From Candidatus Hydrogenedentota bacterium (lineage in GTDB: Bacteria; Hydrogenedentota; Hydrogenedentia; Hydrogenedentales; JAEUWI01), in NCBI GenBank assembly GCA_034669905.1, contig JAXMOL010000033.1:8690-72689 (forward strand): DNA of 64,000 bases, in the 5' to 3' direction. Positions 51,163 through 60,959 of the stretch are shown here, one piece after another. The position numbers were made by a program, and so were the translations under genes. Numbering within the stretch: position 1 is the stretch's first letter; each line of letters begins with the position of its first letter. The notes below the pieces were generated by a model. It had not been told where the DNA came from. It made no database searches and was given only the letters and a program-made list of their open reading frames with translations.

Positions 51163-52110
51163 CTACTGGGCGCGGTACCATTTCACGAAGCGGGCGATGC
51201 CTTCATCCATGGTGAAATGGGGGTTGTAGCCCAGTTTTTCCTTGGCGTGGTCCACGTTCGCGTAGGTCTGTTCCACGTCACCGGCCTGCATGGGCTGCTG
51301 ATCGATCACCGCTTTTTCGCCCGTGTGTTTCTCGATAAGACCGATGAGTTCCTTGAGGCTGGTCGTGTGGCTTTCGCCCAGATTGAAGATCTCATAGTCG
51401 AAGGGCGTATCCACACAACGGACCACGCCGTCGATGATGTCGTCGATATAGGTATAGTCCCGCAAGGTGGAACCGTCGCCAAACATGGGGATGGGTTCGC
51501 CGTTGAGTATCATCTTCACAAACTTGTGAATGGCCATGTCGGGCCGCTGGCGGGGGCCGTAAACCGTGAAGAAGCGGAGCATGGTGGTGCGGACGCCGTA
51601 GACATGTTGGTAGACGTGGGCCTGGAGCTCGTTCATGCGCTTGGTGGCCGCGTAGGGGCTCACGGGGGTCATGACAGGGTCCGTCTCCTGGAAGGGCACG
51701 TCCACACTGCCGCCGTAGACCGAAGAGCTGGAGGCGAAAACCAAGTGAGACGGCTTGTGATGGCGGCAGGCGTCGAGGATGTGCTGGCCGCCAATGACGT
51801 TTACCCGGTGGTAAAGATTGGGGTCCTGCAGGGAAGGACGCACGCCCGCCCGGGCCGCCAGGTGCACCACCACCTCGGGCTGGGTCTCGGCGAAAAGGGC
51901 ATTGACGGCCTCTTCGTCACAGATATCCACTTCGTGGAGGGTGAAGCGGTCCATGCTATCGGCCTGCGCAAGATTGCGGCGTTTGATGGCGGGGTCGTAG
52001 TACGTGTTGAAGTTGTCCACGCCAATAACTTCGTCGCCCCGGGCCAACAGTTCGTCGGTCAGGCTGGACCCGATAAAGCCGGCCGCGCCGGTGATGAGTA
52101 CGCGTTTCAT
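51163..52110 (-). CDS. NAD-dependent epimerase (UDP-glucuronate 4-epimerase-like)
   Basis: ITGAAGFIG, HLAARAGVRPS, ASSSSVYG, PYAATK, RFFTVYGPRQRPDMA, GDV..TYA. Confidence 0.9.
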   Translation of the reverse strand: MKRVLITGAAGFIGSSLTDELLARGDEVIGVDNFNTYYDPAIKRRNLAQADSMDRFTLHEVDICDEEAVNALFAETQPEVVVHLAARAGVRPSLQDPNLYHRVNVIGGQHILDACRHHKPSHLVFASSSSVYGGSVDVPFQETDPVMTPVSPYAATKRMNELQAHVYQHVYGVRTTMLRFFTVYGPRQRPDMAIHKFVKMILNGEPIPMFGDGSTLRDYTYIDDIIDGVVRCVDTPFDYEIFNLGESHTTSLKELIGLIEKHTGEKAVIDQQPMQAGDVEQTYANVDHAKEKLGYNPHFTMDEGIARFVKWYRAQ

Positions 52111-52276
52111 GGAGCAGGTGCACCTCTCTTGGCAAGGTTAAAACGGGAACAACACGGGTGATGAATAGACGTAAAGTATAAGAAAGGGCAAGGGGACAAC
52201 ACAACAAAATCGGGGAAAAGTGGGAAACCTTTGACGCGCTCTCGCCCTTCTCGCGTCTTTGTTATCTCCGCGTCTC

Positions 52277-52362
52277 CGTCATCCCCGCGCAGGCGGGGAT
52301 CCAGACGCGCGCCCGGAGTGGGCGTGGTAACCCACTGGATTCCCGCCTTCGCGGGAATGACG
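52277..52362. repeat. REP-doublet, CGTCATNCCCGC..GCGGGNATCCAG type
   Basis: Two inverted palindromic arms; second copy at 59726-59810. Confidence 0.85.
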
Positions 52363-52384
52363 AACTACGTTGCCTTAATGTAGT

Positions 52385-53749
52385 CTAGCGCGCGCACCAC
52401 GCCGTCAGACTCGCCTCCAATATCCCCAGCGCTTCGTCCATTTCTTCGCGACTGATCGTGAGGGGCGGCACGAGGGTCAAGATATTGCCCATGCTCACCT
52501 TGAAGCTCAGTCCCCGGGAGAGGCAGCCATAGAGCACCTGCTCCGCCGCTTCCGTGGCCCGCGCACCCGTCTTGGGGTCCTTTAATTCCACCCCCATCAA
52601 CAGCCCCAGCCCGCGTACATCGCCGATGATGGGGAAGGTGGCTTGCATTTCGCGGAGCCGCGTCATCGCATAGTCACCCATGGCCGTGGCCTGTTTCAGC
52701 AGGCTTTCCGATTCAATAGTCTCGATGGTGGCCAGGGCGGCGGCGCAGGCCACGGGACTCTTCTCGTGGGTGTAGTGGCCCAGCGCACGGTCGGCCATGG
52801 CGGTGTTGAGTTCTTCCCGGGCGATGAGGGCCGCAAGGGGAAAAATGCCGCCGCCAAGGCCCTTGCCAATGACCACCATGTCGGGCACTACGTCGTAGTG
52901 TTCGTGAACGAAGTAGGCACCCGTCCGCCCGAGGCACGTGGGGATTTCATCTAGTATGAGGAGCGCCCCATGGCGGTCGCAGGCGGCCCGCACTTTTTTC
53001 CAATAGTCGCGGGGCGGAATATAGGGCGAGCTGCGCACCGTCTCTGCGATGACCGCCGCCACATCGCCTTCCTTCTCCAAGACGTACTCGATGTAGTCCG
53101 CACACTGAAGGTTGCACACCGTGCCACAGTTAAAGGGACAGCCTGTGGGGTCGGGCGGGGGGACGTGCTCCGTGCCGGGGAGGAGGGGTCCCATGCCGTT
53201 GCGGAAAATCGCCTCACCGCCAATGGAGATGGCATCCAACGAGGCCCCATGAAAGGAATCCCACAGGGAGATGGTTTTGTGCCGCCCGGTAGCCGCCCGG
53301 GCGAGTTTGAGGGCCATGCCGATGGCCGCCGTTCCGCCCGGTGCAAAGAGGACGCGGTTGAGATCGCCCGGCGCTTTTTCCACCAGTTTCTTCGCCAGCG
53401 CGATAGCGGAGCGGTTGGTGTAGCGCCGGGGACAAAAGGGGAGCTCGGCGAGCTGCTGTTGGATGGCCGCCACGACGCGGGGATGGCCGTAGCCCACCTG
53501 GTGGACCGAGTTGCCGTGAAAATCGAGGATCTTCCGCCCCTCCACATCGTGGAGGTAACTGCCGTCGCACCCATCAAGGGCGTTCAGGCAGGGCGTGGAG
53601 AGGGACTGGTGCAGAAAGTAGCGGGCGTCCTCCGCCAACAGGGCCTCGGTATCTTCGTGCAGATGGGTGGCGGCCCACTCCGACCGGGCAGGCGACAGGT
53701 TGAGGTCACCTTCCGAGCGGAGCTGGTCCAGGGAGTCATGGTCCGTCAT
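52385..53749 (-). CDS. pbfA: Class III PLP enzyme, PbfA-like (R)-1-hydroxy-2-aminoethylphosphonate ammonia-lyase
   Basis: SEGDLNLS, FLHQSLSTPC, DFHGNSVHQVGYGHP, LPFCPRRYTN, SFHGASLDAIS, LDEIP..GRTG, GKGLGGG, LGHYTHEKSP. Confidence 0.75.
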   Translation of the reverse strand: MTDHDSLDQLRSEGDLNLSPARSEWAATHLHEDTEALLAEDARYFLHQSLSTPCLNALDGCDGSYLHDVEGRKILDFHGNSVHQVGYGHPRVVAAIQQQLAELPFCPRRYTNRSAIALAKKLVEKAPGDLNRVLFAPGGTAAIGMALKLARAATGRHKTISLWDSFHGASLDAISIGGEAIFRNGMGPLLPGTEHVPPPDPTGCPFNCGTVCNLQCADYIEYVLEKEGDVAAVIAETVRSSPYIPPRDYWKKVRAACDRHGALLILDEIPTCLGRTGAYFVHEHYDVVPDMVVIGKGLGGGIFPLAALIAREELNTAMADRALGHYTHEKSPVACAAALATIETIESESLLKQATAMGDYAMTRLREMQATFPIIGDVRGLGLLMGVELKDPKTGARATEAAEQVLYGCLSRGLSFKVSMGNILTLVPPLTISREEMDEALGILEASLTAWCAR

Positions 53750-53847
53750 GGCAGGGCGCTTTCGGTTGAAGGATGCAGCATGGCTACAGCGTAATAAACC
53801 GATTGAATAGCAAGTCAAGTTTCTAACGAGTATCAAAGATACGCTGC

Positions 53848-53895
53848 GGGTGCCACCCTTACGCGGAGGAGCGAAGCGGGGGAGCTTATGGGTGC
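53848..53895 (-). repeat. 48-bp element identical (inverted) to 31767-31814
   Basis: Direct base-by-base comparison gives 48/48. Confidence 0.92.
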
Positions 53896-53940
53896 GGGGT
53901 GCCACGGGCAAGCCCCGGAGGGCTCGCCCGTGTCCCAGTC

Positions 53941-55104
53941 CTACACGCGCACCACCGCTTCCGAACCCACCACCTGCTGGACCAAGGCGTCCAGATCATC
54001 ACCATCCACCGCACCCGGCACCGTGTCCGCAAAGCGTACGAAGGCTTCGTAGAGCCGGTCACGGTCACCCTCACCGACCACGTGGCCCCGTTGGCGCGCC
54101 ATATGGACCACGGCGTTGCGGCCCGACCGTGCCGTCAAGACGAAGTCGTGGCCCGCCCGCCCGATGAGCTCCGGGGCGACAAACTGATAGTTTTCCGCGG
54201 CTTTCAAGATGCCGTCCTGATGGATTCCCGAACTGTGGGTGAAGGCATTGCCCCCCACGATGGCACGGTTGGGCTGGATGGGCACCCCGGTGACGGCGGC
54301 CACCTGGGCGCTGATGGCACGGAGCTGGTCCAACTGAATGCCCGAATCCGCCACGTCTTTCAACGCGAGGATCACGGCAATTTCTTCCAGCGCCGTGTTG
54401 CCTGCCCGTTCGCCAATGCCATTGACCGTGCACTCCACCTGGCGCGCACCGGCCTTCACGGCGGCGAGGGCATTGGCCGTCGCGAGGCCCATGTCGTTGT
54501 GGCAGTGGGCCGACACGATAACGTCGGGACCGAGAAATTGGACCATGTCATAAATCATGGGGCCAAACTCATCGGGTGTCATGCAGCCCACCGTGTCTGC
54601 AATGTTGATGCGCGTGGCACCGGCTTCCACCGCCGTGAGGGCGCATTGGCGGAGGAACACCGGGTCGCTCCGCGTGGCATCTTCCAGACTGAACTGGACC
54701 TCGCGGGACCACCGCCGTGCCCGTTGGACGCTTCGCGTGATAATGCCCAACAACGTCGCCCGACTGACCCCCAACTTGTGGGTCATGTGGATGTCGGAGC
54801 TGCCAATCACCAGGTGCATGACCGGGTGGGTGGCTTCCTGCAGGGCTTCGCCGGCCGCATCGATATCCCTGTCGACACAGCGGGACAAGGCGGCCACTTC
54901 CGCACCCTGCACGGCCTGGGCAATGGTACGGACCGCCATACTATCACCGGGGGACGACGCGGGGAAACCCGCTTCAATGGTCGCCACCCCCAGGGCCTCC
55001 AGGGCCACGGCGATGGCACATTTTTCCTGAATGTCTATATGAACTCCGGGCGTCTGTTCGCCATCGCGGAGTGTGGTGTCTAAAACCCGAATTTTCTTTC
55101 GCAT
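53941..55104 (-). CDS. leuA: 2-isopropylmalate synthase, short form lacking the C-terminal regulatory domain
   Basis: DTTLRDGEQ, IEAGFP, HCHNDMGLATAN, GIGERAGN, HSSGIHQDG; only 387 aa; Leu-rich leader upstream. Confidence 0.88.
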   Translation of the reverse strand: MRKKIRVLDTTLRDGEQTPGVHIDIQEKCAIAVALEALGVATIEAGFPASSPGDSMAVRTIAQAVQGAEVAALSRCVDRDIDAAGEALQEATHPVMHLVIGSSDIHMTHKLGVSRATLLGIITRSVQRARRWSREVQFSLEDATRSDPVFLRQCALTAVEAGATRINIADTVGCMTPDEFGPMIYDMVQFLGPDVIVSAHCHNDMGLATANALAAVKAGARQVECTVNGIGERAGNTALEEIAVILALKDVADSGIQLDQLRAISAQVAAVTGVPIQPNRAIVGGNAFTHSSGIHQDGILKAAENYQFVAPELIGRAGHDFVLTARSGRNAVVHMARQRGHVVGEGDRDRLYEAFVRFADTVPGAVDGDDLDALVQQVVGSEAVVRV

Positions 55105-55182
55105 GCTGCACTTTCCATAGTAGTCGGTTAAGGGATACTCAAACGGCGCGTGATGGGGTGCGTAGCAGGCGATGGAATCGGG

Positions 55183-55203
55183 TTACCGCAGTTCCACGTC
55201 CAT
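55183..55203 (-). other. Mini-ORF MDVELR* with perfect Shine-Dalgarno
   Basis: AAAGGAGG (55219-55212), 8-nt spacer, ATG GAC GTG GAA CTG CGG TAA. Confidence 0.45.
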
Positions 55204-55256
55204 ATTACGTCCCTCCTTTCTAACGTTGTGTTTTCGGGGGGCCATCCCCGATAAAC

Positions 55257-55290
55257 AAAAAAAATGGCCACGGGCGTGTAGCCCGTGGCC
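55257..55290 (-). terminator. Attenuator terminator upstream of leuA
   Basis: GGCCACGGGC-TACAC-GCCCGTGGCC followed by A and 8 T on the minus strand. Confidence 0.9.
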
Positions 55291-55314
55291 TCTATACAAA
55301 CCCCAGTGGGGTTG

Positions 55315-55413
55315 CTATCGAATAAGAATTCGAGGCACAACGGAGCTACGCTCCTCCAGCAGCAGGAGGAGTGGGAGACGTAGTTCCAGGCTATGCTTCG
55401 AATTGGTAAACAT
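55315..55413 (-). CDS. Leucine attenuator leader peptide (32 aa)
   Basis: MFTNSKHSLELRLPLLLLLEERSSVVPRILIR*, with AAGGA RBS and five consecutive Leu codons, ending 24 nt before the terminator stem. Confidence 0.8.
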   Translation of the reverse strand: MFTNSKHSLELRLPLLLLLEERSSVVPRILIR

Positions 55414-55783
55414 GGTAAAAAATTCCTTGAGCCATAACTCTACCACAGGTTTTCCGGCATTGCAAACCGATTTCGAATAGTGAATTGAGAATGATGAATT
55501 GAGAATGTGAGGGCGATTCAATCCCCCGGCCTTTCCGAAGGGGACGCCTACTCGTGAAAATTCGTATTCATTCGTGGTTCCCCCCAAAGAAACAGCCCGG
55601 CCCGCCATGGCCTACTTCCAAAAGCTAACGTTGGAATACCCGCGGCGCAAACCCTGAGAAAGCGCCGTCCATCGTGCTACATTTTTTGGACACGAAACGT
55701 GGCGCGGGATTACAATGGAAGCGTCCTGACCGAGCGGCATCCGCACGCCGGCACACCCAAGTTACTGCCCGGAAAGAAGTACC

Positions 55784-58528
55784 ATGGCCCTTAAATTCAC
55801 TGCTCTCCTCTTCGCCTTTCTTATTGGCGCCACCTCCCTTTTTTCAGCCCGTGCGACGGCGCTGGAGACCGCTGATTTGCGGTGTGAATACCGTCCGAAT
55901 CCCCTGGGAATTGATACCGCGATTCCGCGCCTGAGTTGGAAGCTACGCAGCGAGGGTCGGGGCGTGACGCAACGGGCCTATCACATTCTCGTGGCCTCGT
56001 CGCAAGACCTGTTGGACAACAATCAGGGTGACCTCTGGGACAGTGGCAAGGTCGAAAGCGATCAGTCGGTGCACGTCGCGTATGCGGGCACGCCCCTCAC
56101 CTCCCGTCAGTTCTGCTTCTGGAAGGTCCGTATCTGGAATCAGGACGACCAACCCAGCGCATGGAGTGAGGCCGCCCGCTGGACCATGGGCTTGTTGTCG
56201 CCCAATGACTGGTCGGCCGCGTGGATTGGCGTGGACTGGATGGAGGACAACGCGGGCGCCCTGCCCTGGCTACGCACTTCCGTCTCGCTGGAATCCGTCC
56301 CCGAGCGCGCCATGGCCTATGTCTGCGCCCTGGGGTATTACGAGCTCTACATCAATGGCCAGAAGGTGGATGACCACGTGCTTTCGCCGGCCGTGAGTGA
56401 CTACAGCAAGCGGGGGCTCTATTTGACCCATGATATTGCCCCTTACCTGAAGTCCGGCAAAAACAGTATCGCCATCTGGCTCGGCCGGGGCTGGTCGCGC
56501 CTCCTGCTGGAAAAGGCGTCGAAGAAGGCACCCTTCGTGCGCGCCCAATTCGAGCTGGGTACCCACACCGACAAGCCGCTCATCGTCACGACCGACGCGA
56601 ACTGGAAAGTGCACCCAAGCCCCATTACGCCGCTCGGTAAACTGCAGAGCGGGCAGTATGGCGGGGAGCGTTACGACAGCCGCCTGGAAATCTCCGACTG
56701 GGCCGCGACGGATTTTGACGATAGCAACTGGGACCATGCCGTCGTCTACACCCCGCCGACGCCGATCATGGCCGCCCAGATGTCCGAGCCCAACCGGGTC
56801 CTGGGCGAGGTTCCAGCCCAATCGGTAACGCGCCAGGAAGACGGAAGCTACCTGGTAGACATGGGGAAGAACTTTGTGGGCTGGGTGACCTACCACTTCC
56901 CCGAAGGAGGGCCGGCAGGTTCGGAAGTTCACCTGGAATACGGCGACAAATTTCGCGACGATGGATCGCTTCAGTCCTACAGCCAGGTGGATGAATACGT
57001 ATTTCGTGGTCCGGAAGCCCAGACCTTCAAAACCCGCTTCAACTACCATGCCTTCCGCTATATGATTGTGAAGGGTCTGGAGGCGGCGCCGAAGCCCAAG
57101 GACATCACGGGCTATTGGATATCCACCGATTACACCCCGACGTCCACCTTCACCAGCTCCAACCCGTTGCTGAACTGGATTTATGAAACTTCCAACTGGA
57201 CCTACCGCTGCCTGACCCTCGGCAGCTACGTAGTGGACTGTCCCCACCGCGAGCGCCTGGGCTATGGCGGCGACTCGGGCACGTCGATGGAAATGGGCCT
57301 GACCAACTTCAACACCGCGCCCCTCTACAGCAAGTGGCTCGCCGACTGGCGCGATACCCAGGCCCCCGATGGCGACCTGCCCCACACGGCACCCAGCGCC
57401 CAGATAGCGGGCGGCGGCCCCGCCTGGAGCGGCATCTGCATCACCATGCCGTGGCAGGTCTACCGCCAATATGGCGATACGCGCGTGTTGGAAGAGAACT
57501 ACCCCACCATGAAGCGCTGGCTCGCCTTCGTGGAAACCAAGATGAAAGACGGTATCCTCGCGCCCTACTACGGCGTGGGCTACACGAGTTTGGAGTGGTC
57601 TTTCCTGGGCGATTGGGTGTCGCCCAACCGCGGTCAGGGAGCGGGTAGCCGTGTGGACGACAACTCCACGCTCTTCTTTAATAACTGCTACTACGTGCAC
57701 AACCTGCAGCTTGCGGCCCAGACGGCCACGGTGTTGGGCAAGACGGAAGACGCGGCAAACTACACCCGCCAGGCAGAGGCCCTGGCCGCACGCCTTCATG
57801 AACGTTTCCTCAATCCCGATGGCGTGACCTATGCCAACGGCGAACAGCCCTACCTGTCCATGCCCCTGCTCTTCAACATCACCCCGGAAGCCAAGCGTCC
57901 CGATGTAATGGCCGCCTTGCGCGAATCGATTCTGGTGAAAGAAAAAGGCCACCTGAATACCGGTATGCACGGCACCTACTACATGATTCGCTACCTGACC
58001 GACACGGACCAAAATGATCTGGTCTATTCCATCGCGTCGAAGCGGACCTTCCCCAGCTGGGGCTTCATGCGCGAGAACGGCGCCACGACCATCTGGGAAG
58101 AATGGAACGGGGACAACTCCCACATTCACGACACCCTCATCTCCGTGGGTATGTGGTTTGTTCAGGGGCTGGCGGGCATTCTGCCAGACGAAGGGCACCC
58201 GGGTTTCAAACACTTCTTCATCCAACCCGCCCTCGTCGGCGACTTGACCCACGTATCCGGGACGCACGACACGATGTACGGCACCATCGAATCCCATTGG
58301 AAGCGCGAAGGCGACACGGCCACCTACACGGTTGTGGTTCCGCCCAACACCACGGCCACCATGATGATCCCCGGCGATGACCCGGGCGCGATAATGCTGG
58401 ACGGCAAGCCCCTGGCCGAGAGCTCCCTGGTAAGTGCTGTGAACGTGGAGGCAGGGCGCGTACGTGGGACCCTGGCTTCGGGTACCTACGAATTTACGGC
58501 CCCCGCGCCCCCGTTGGCCCAACCCTAG
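55784..58528 (+). CDS. Alpha-L-rhamnosidase, GH78
   Basis: Signal peptide; LRCEY..PLGID..PRLSW, ALGYYELYING, DMGKNFVGW, DCPHRERLGYGGD, GATTIWEEW. Confidence 0.93.
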   Translation: MALKFTALLFAFLIGATSLFSARATALETADLRCEYRPNPLGIDTAIPRLSWKLRSEGRGVTQRAYHILVASSQDLLDNNQGDLWDSGKVESDQSVHVAYAGTPLTSRQFCFWKVRIWNQDDQPSAWSEAARWTMGLLSPNDWSAAWIGVDWMEDNAGALPWLRTSVSLESVPERAMAYVCALGYYELYINGQKVDDHVLSPAVSDYSKRGLYLTHDIAPYLKSGKNSIAIWLGRGWSRLLLEKASKKAPFVRAQFELGTHTDKPLIVTTDANWKVHPSPITPLGKLQSGQYGGERYDSRLEISDWAATDFDDSNWDHAVVYTPPTPIMAAQMSEPNRVLGEVPAQSVTRQEDGSYLVDMGKNFVGWVTYHFPEGGPAGSEVHLEYGDKFRDDGSLQSYSQVDEYVFRGPEAQTFKTRFNYHAFRYMIVKGLEAAPKPKDITGYWISTDYTPTSTFTSSNPLLNWIYETSNWTYRCLTLGSYVVDCPHRERLGYGGDSGTSMEMGLTNFNTAPLYSKWLADWRDTQAPDGDLPHTAPSAQIAGGGPAWSGICITMPWQVYRQYGDTRVLEENYPTMKRWLAFVETKMKDGILAPYYGVGYTSLEWSFLGDWVSPNRGQGAGSRVDDNSTLFFNNCYYVHNLQLAAQTATVLGKTEDAANYTRQAEALAARLHERFLNPDGVTYANGEQPYLSMPLLFNITPEAKRPDVMAALRESILVKEKGHLNTGMHGTYYMIRYLTDTDQNDLVYSIASKRTFPSWGFMRENGATTIWEEWNGDNSHIHDTLISVGMWFVQGLAGILPDEGHPGFKHFFIQPALVGDLTHVSGTHDTMYGTIESHWKREGDTATYTVVVPPNTTATMMIPGDDPGAIMLDGKPLAESSLVSAVNVEAGRVRGTLASGTYEFTAPAPPLAQP

Positions 58529-58539
58529 TCAAGCGTGCG

Positions 58540-58598
58540 TGGCCCCCTCTTCTCGAGTTGCCCTGTCGGGGCTATCGGGGAGAGGGGGCCATTTTTTT
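58540..58598 (+). terminator. Rho-independent terminator after GH78
   Basis: TGGCCCCCTCT...AGAGGGGGCCA stem followed by T7. Confidence 0.75.
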
Positions 58599-58644
58599 GT
58601 GTGTGGGGCAAAAGGAGACAGGGCGAAAACTCCGCTGCGGTGCG

Positions 58645-59424
58645 CTATAGCAGCAAGTCCGCAAAGCCGTCCCACAGGCTACTCTTCGCCAGGCGCATGA
58701 TGAGGGCCCCCGCCAGAACGAGCCCCACATAGCCAATCATTAGCGGTTGACTTAATTTGCGCGTAAGGGCTCCGTGCAGCCCGACGAGAAAGAGGGCGAC
58801 GACCAGCATGCTGAAGAAGGGACCGAAAATGGTCCCGAAAATCGTTTCGGCATAAAGGGATTTGATGGCGTCAATGCGGTCCATGGCGGCGGGCATGGTG
58901 ATCAGGACGGCCAACAGCATCAGGGGACGGTGAAGCTCCGGCTGCCGCCGTTTCCAGACGCCGATGGCCACGAGGGTGCCAAAGAGCGTGATGCTGATGA
59001 GGGGAATGGCCATGAATTGTCGGGGTGTCAGATCCCAAAGCAGCAAGTCGGGGGGATTGACCCGGGCCGACGCAACACCCAACCAGAGTCCGAAAATGAC
59101 GGCCGCTCCGGCGAGGCCCGCGCCGAGTTTTCCCAGCATCATGTGCACGTGACGCCTACCGGAAAGGATCAGCAGGGGCTGAATCGCAAACAACAGCATC
59201 CAGGCGGTCATGCTGATGCCGTGGAGGATAATCAACAGGCGTATGGGCGGGGTGAGTTCCCGGCCGGGGTAGGCCTTGCCGTGGAGATAGAACTGCTGGA
59301 ATCCTAGAATCATCAACAGGAGTAACAAAAGGGCCGCCCCGGAATAAAAGTACCGTGCGAGATCTTGTGACGTATGTCTCTCAGAGTGGGGCGGAGTGAG
59401 CGGTAATGCCTGGCTGGTGTTCAT
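58645..59424 (-). CDS. Hypothetical integral membrane protein (about 7 TM, His residues in TMs)
   Basis: LHG..TAWMLLF.IQP.L...HMMLG..RRQPELHRPLML; AAGGA RBS. Confidence 0.8.
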   Translation of the reverse strand: MNTSQALPLTPPHSERHTSQDLARYFYSGAALLLLLLMILGFQQFYLHGKAYPGRELTPPIRLLIILHGISMTAWMLLFAIQPLLILSGRRHVHMMLGKLGAGLAGAAVIFGLWLGVASARVNPPDLLLWDLTPRQFMAIPLISITLFGTLVAIGVWKRRQPELHRPLMLLAVLITMPAAMDRIDAIKSLYAETIFGTIFGPFFSMLVVALFLVGLHGALTRKLSQPLMIGYVGLVLAGALIMRLAKSSLWDGFADLLL

Positions 59425-59725
59425 GGCGTGATTCCTTTTTTATCAGAATTCAATGCCCTTCTTTCACCCAACAGTTTCACCCGGCACCAGCGAATTCACG
59501 ACGCCCGTCCGGTCGAGGTGAAATGCCGAAACCTGTCCATGCGGCCTGGAGTTAAGATTCCGGCGGCAAATCATATCGCTGCCGAATCCTGCGTGTCAAC
59601 TCGATAGATAGCTGGGGTAGCACTGCTGTGGCAAGCTGATGAATCGGTGGGGCTATTCCTTCGTTATCCCCCGCGCCTTTCCCAAGGCGCCGCACCCCAT
59701 TGGCGGCACCCCGAACGCCAGGCGT

Positions 59726-59810
59726 CGTCATACCCGCGAAGGCGGGAATCCAGTCGGTATGCACGGTTATGTGGCCCCGTTCCTGGATCCCCGCCTTCGC
59801 GGGGATGACG
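59726..59810. repeat. REP-doublet, same family as 52277-52362
   Basis: CGTCATACCCGCGAAGGCGGGAATCCAG ... CTGGATCCCCGCCTTCGCGGGGATGACG. Confidence 0.85.
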
Positions 59811-59906
59811 GTCTTGGAATCTCTACGAAAAGACTAGAAATGGACGGATGCTAATGCGAATAGGAGCTTCGCAACAAGGCGAAGGTCGGTAGCGCGCAGC
59901 CCCCCG

Positions 59907-60660
59907 ACACACCATTCAAAGCCCACCTTTCCCAGGGCGACGCTTTGGAGTGTGGCAGCTTGCTGCCACTTTGCTAAGGGAGCTTGCTCCCGGCACGCGC
60001 ACAGCAGGCTTCGCTCAAACAAATTGTCTGTTGGTACGCGCTCACCAGAACCGCCCCGAAGGGGCCCTACAGCTCCCAGCCCTGGGCACCGCCCAGGGGA
60101 CCAAGCGACCTCCCCTCCATTCGCCCTGAAAGGGCAACATCCCCTCGTGCAGTGCTACAGATCTTCAACCACGAATGGACACGAATTAACACGAATACAT
60201 AGGGGGTCGAAACGCTTTTCAGCTCGAAACGAGCGGTATAGTGTGGTCCAGGCGGGTATCCCCTGCCAGAAGGACAGGCTTCCCAGTCCACCTTCGCGCT
60301 TCGATGACCTGTCATAAAGGACCCGCCCACCAAAACGATGCCCAGCCCGGAACGGGCGACATACCGTAGCCCAGGCGCGAACGTAGTGAGCCCTGGGTCT
60401 GCGTCCCTCAAATCGAAGAGCCCCAGCGGGGCGGTATAGGTGGTGTTCACATGAGGGACGTCGTATTTCGTCTCGCGCCCACACACCATTCAAAACCCAC
60501 CTTTCCCAAGACGCCGCTTTGGAGTGTGGCAGCTTGCTGCCACCTTATTCAGGGAGCTTGCTCCCGGCACGCGCACAGCAGGCCTCGCTCAAACAAATTG
60601 TCTGTTGGTACGCGAACACCATAGTCGCCCCGAAGGGGCCTTACAGCTCCCAGCCTTGGG
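59907..60660 (+). repeat. Two 180-bp imperfect direct repeats (59907-60086 and 60481-60660)
   Basis: Both run ACACACCATTCAAA...GCTTTGGAGTGTGGCAGCTTGCTGCCAC...CGCTCAAACAAATTGTCTGTTGGTACGCG...GCCCCGAAGGGGCC...GGG. Confidence 0.92.
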
Positions 60661-60890
60661 CTGTGGAACTGTGCAGGCCCTTCGGGCCGGAAACGCCGAA
60701 GCCCACGACATCCTGTAGCGCACCAACCTTTCAGCGAATCAGGTTCTGCGCAAAGCAAAGGCATTCCACCATGGCGCTTCTGCTCGTGAAGATATCGGGC
60801 GGGCGACGTGTCAGGCCAGAGGCCTAACCCACTGATGGGCGCTACTCTTCGTCATTTTCTTATTCGTGTAAATTCGTGTCCATTCGTGGT
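60168..60890. repeat. 29-bp inverted repeat built from 10-bp ACACGAAT units
   Basis: ACCACGAATGGACACGAATTAACACGAAT (60168-60196) vs the inverted copy at 60862-60890 (28/29); degenerate copy at 55551-55579. Confidence 0.85.
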
Positions 60891-60901
60891 CGCCCCTCCC
60901 C

Positions 60902-60933
60902 AAAAGAAAAAGCCCGGCGCGTGGCCGGGCTTT
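60902..60933 (-). terminator. Rho-independent terminator of thrS
   Basis: GCCCGGC-N5-GCCGGGC followed by TTTTTCTTTT on the minus strand. Confidence 0.85.
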
Positions 60934-60959
60934 CTCGTGTTCCAATTCTATTGCTGCGC

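Noticed and set aside
56270-58522. 750-aa antisense ORF opposite GH78
   Set aside because: Shadow ORF from high-GC codon bias; no motifs, and it fully overlaps a clear gene.
59907-60660. 180-bp direct repeats as CRISPR, integron attC or IS ends
   Set aside because: Only two long copies, with no cas, integrase or transposase and no clear attC core sites.
59552-60827. Short ORFs in the repeat mosaic
   Set aside because: They are translations of palindromic repeats with no recognisable domains or RBS.
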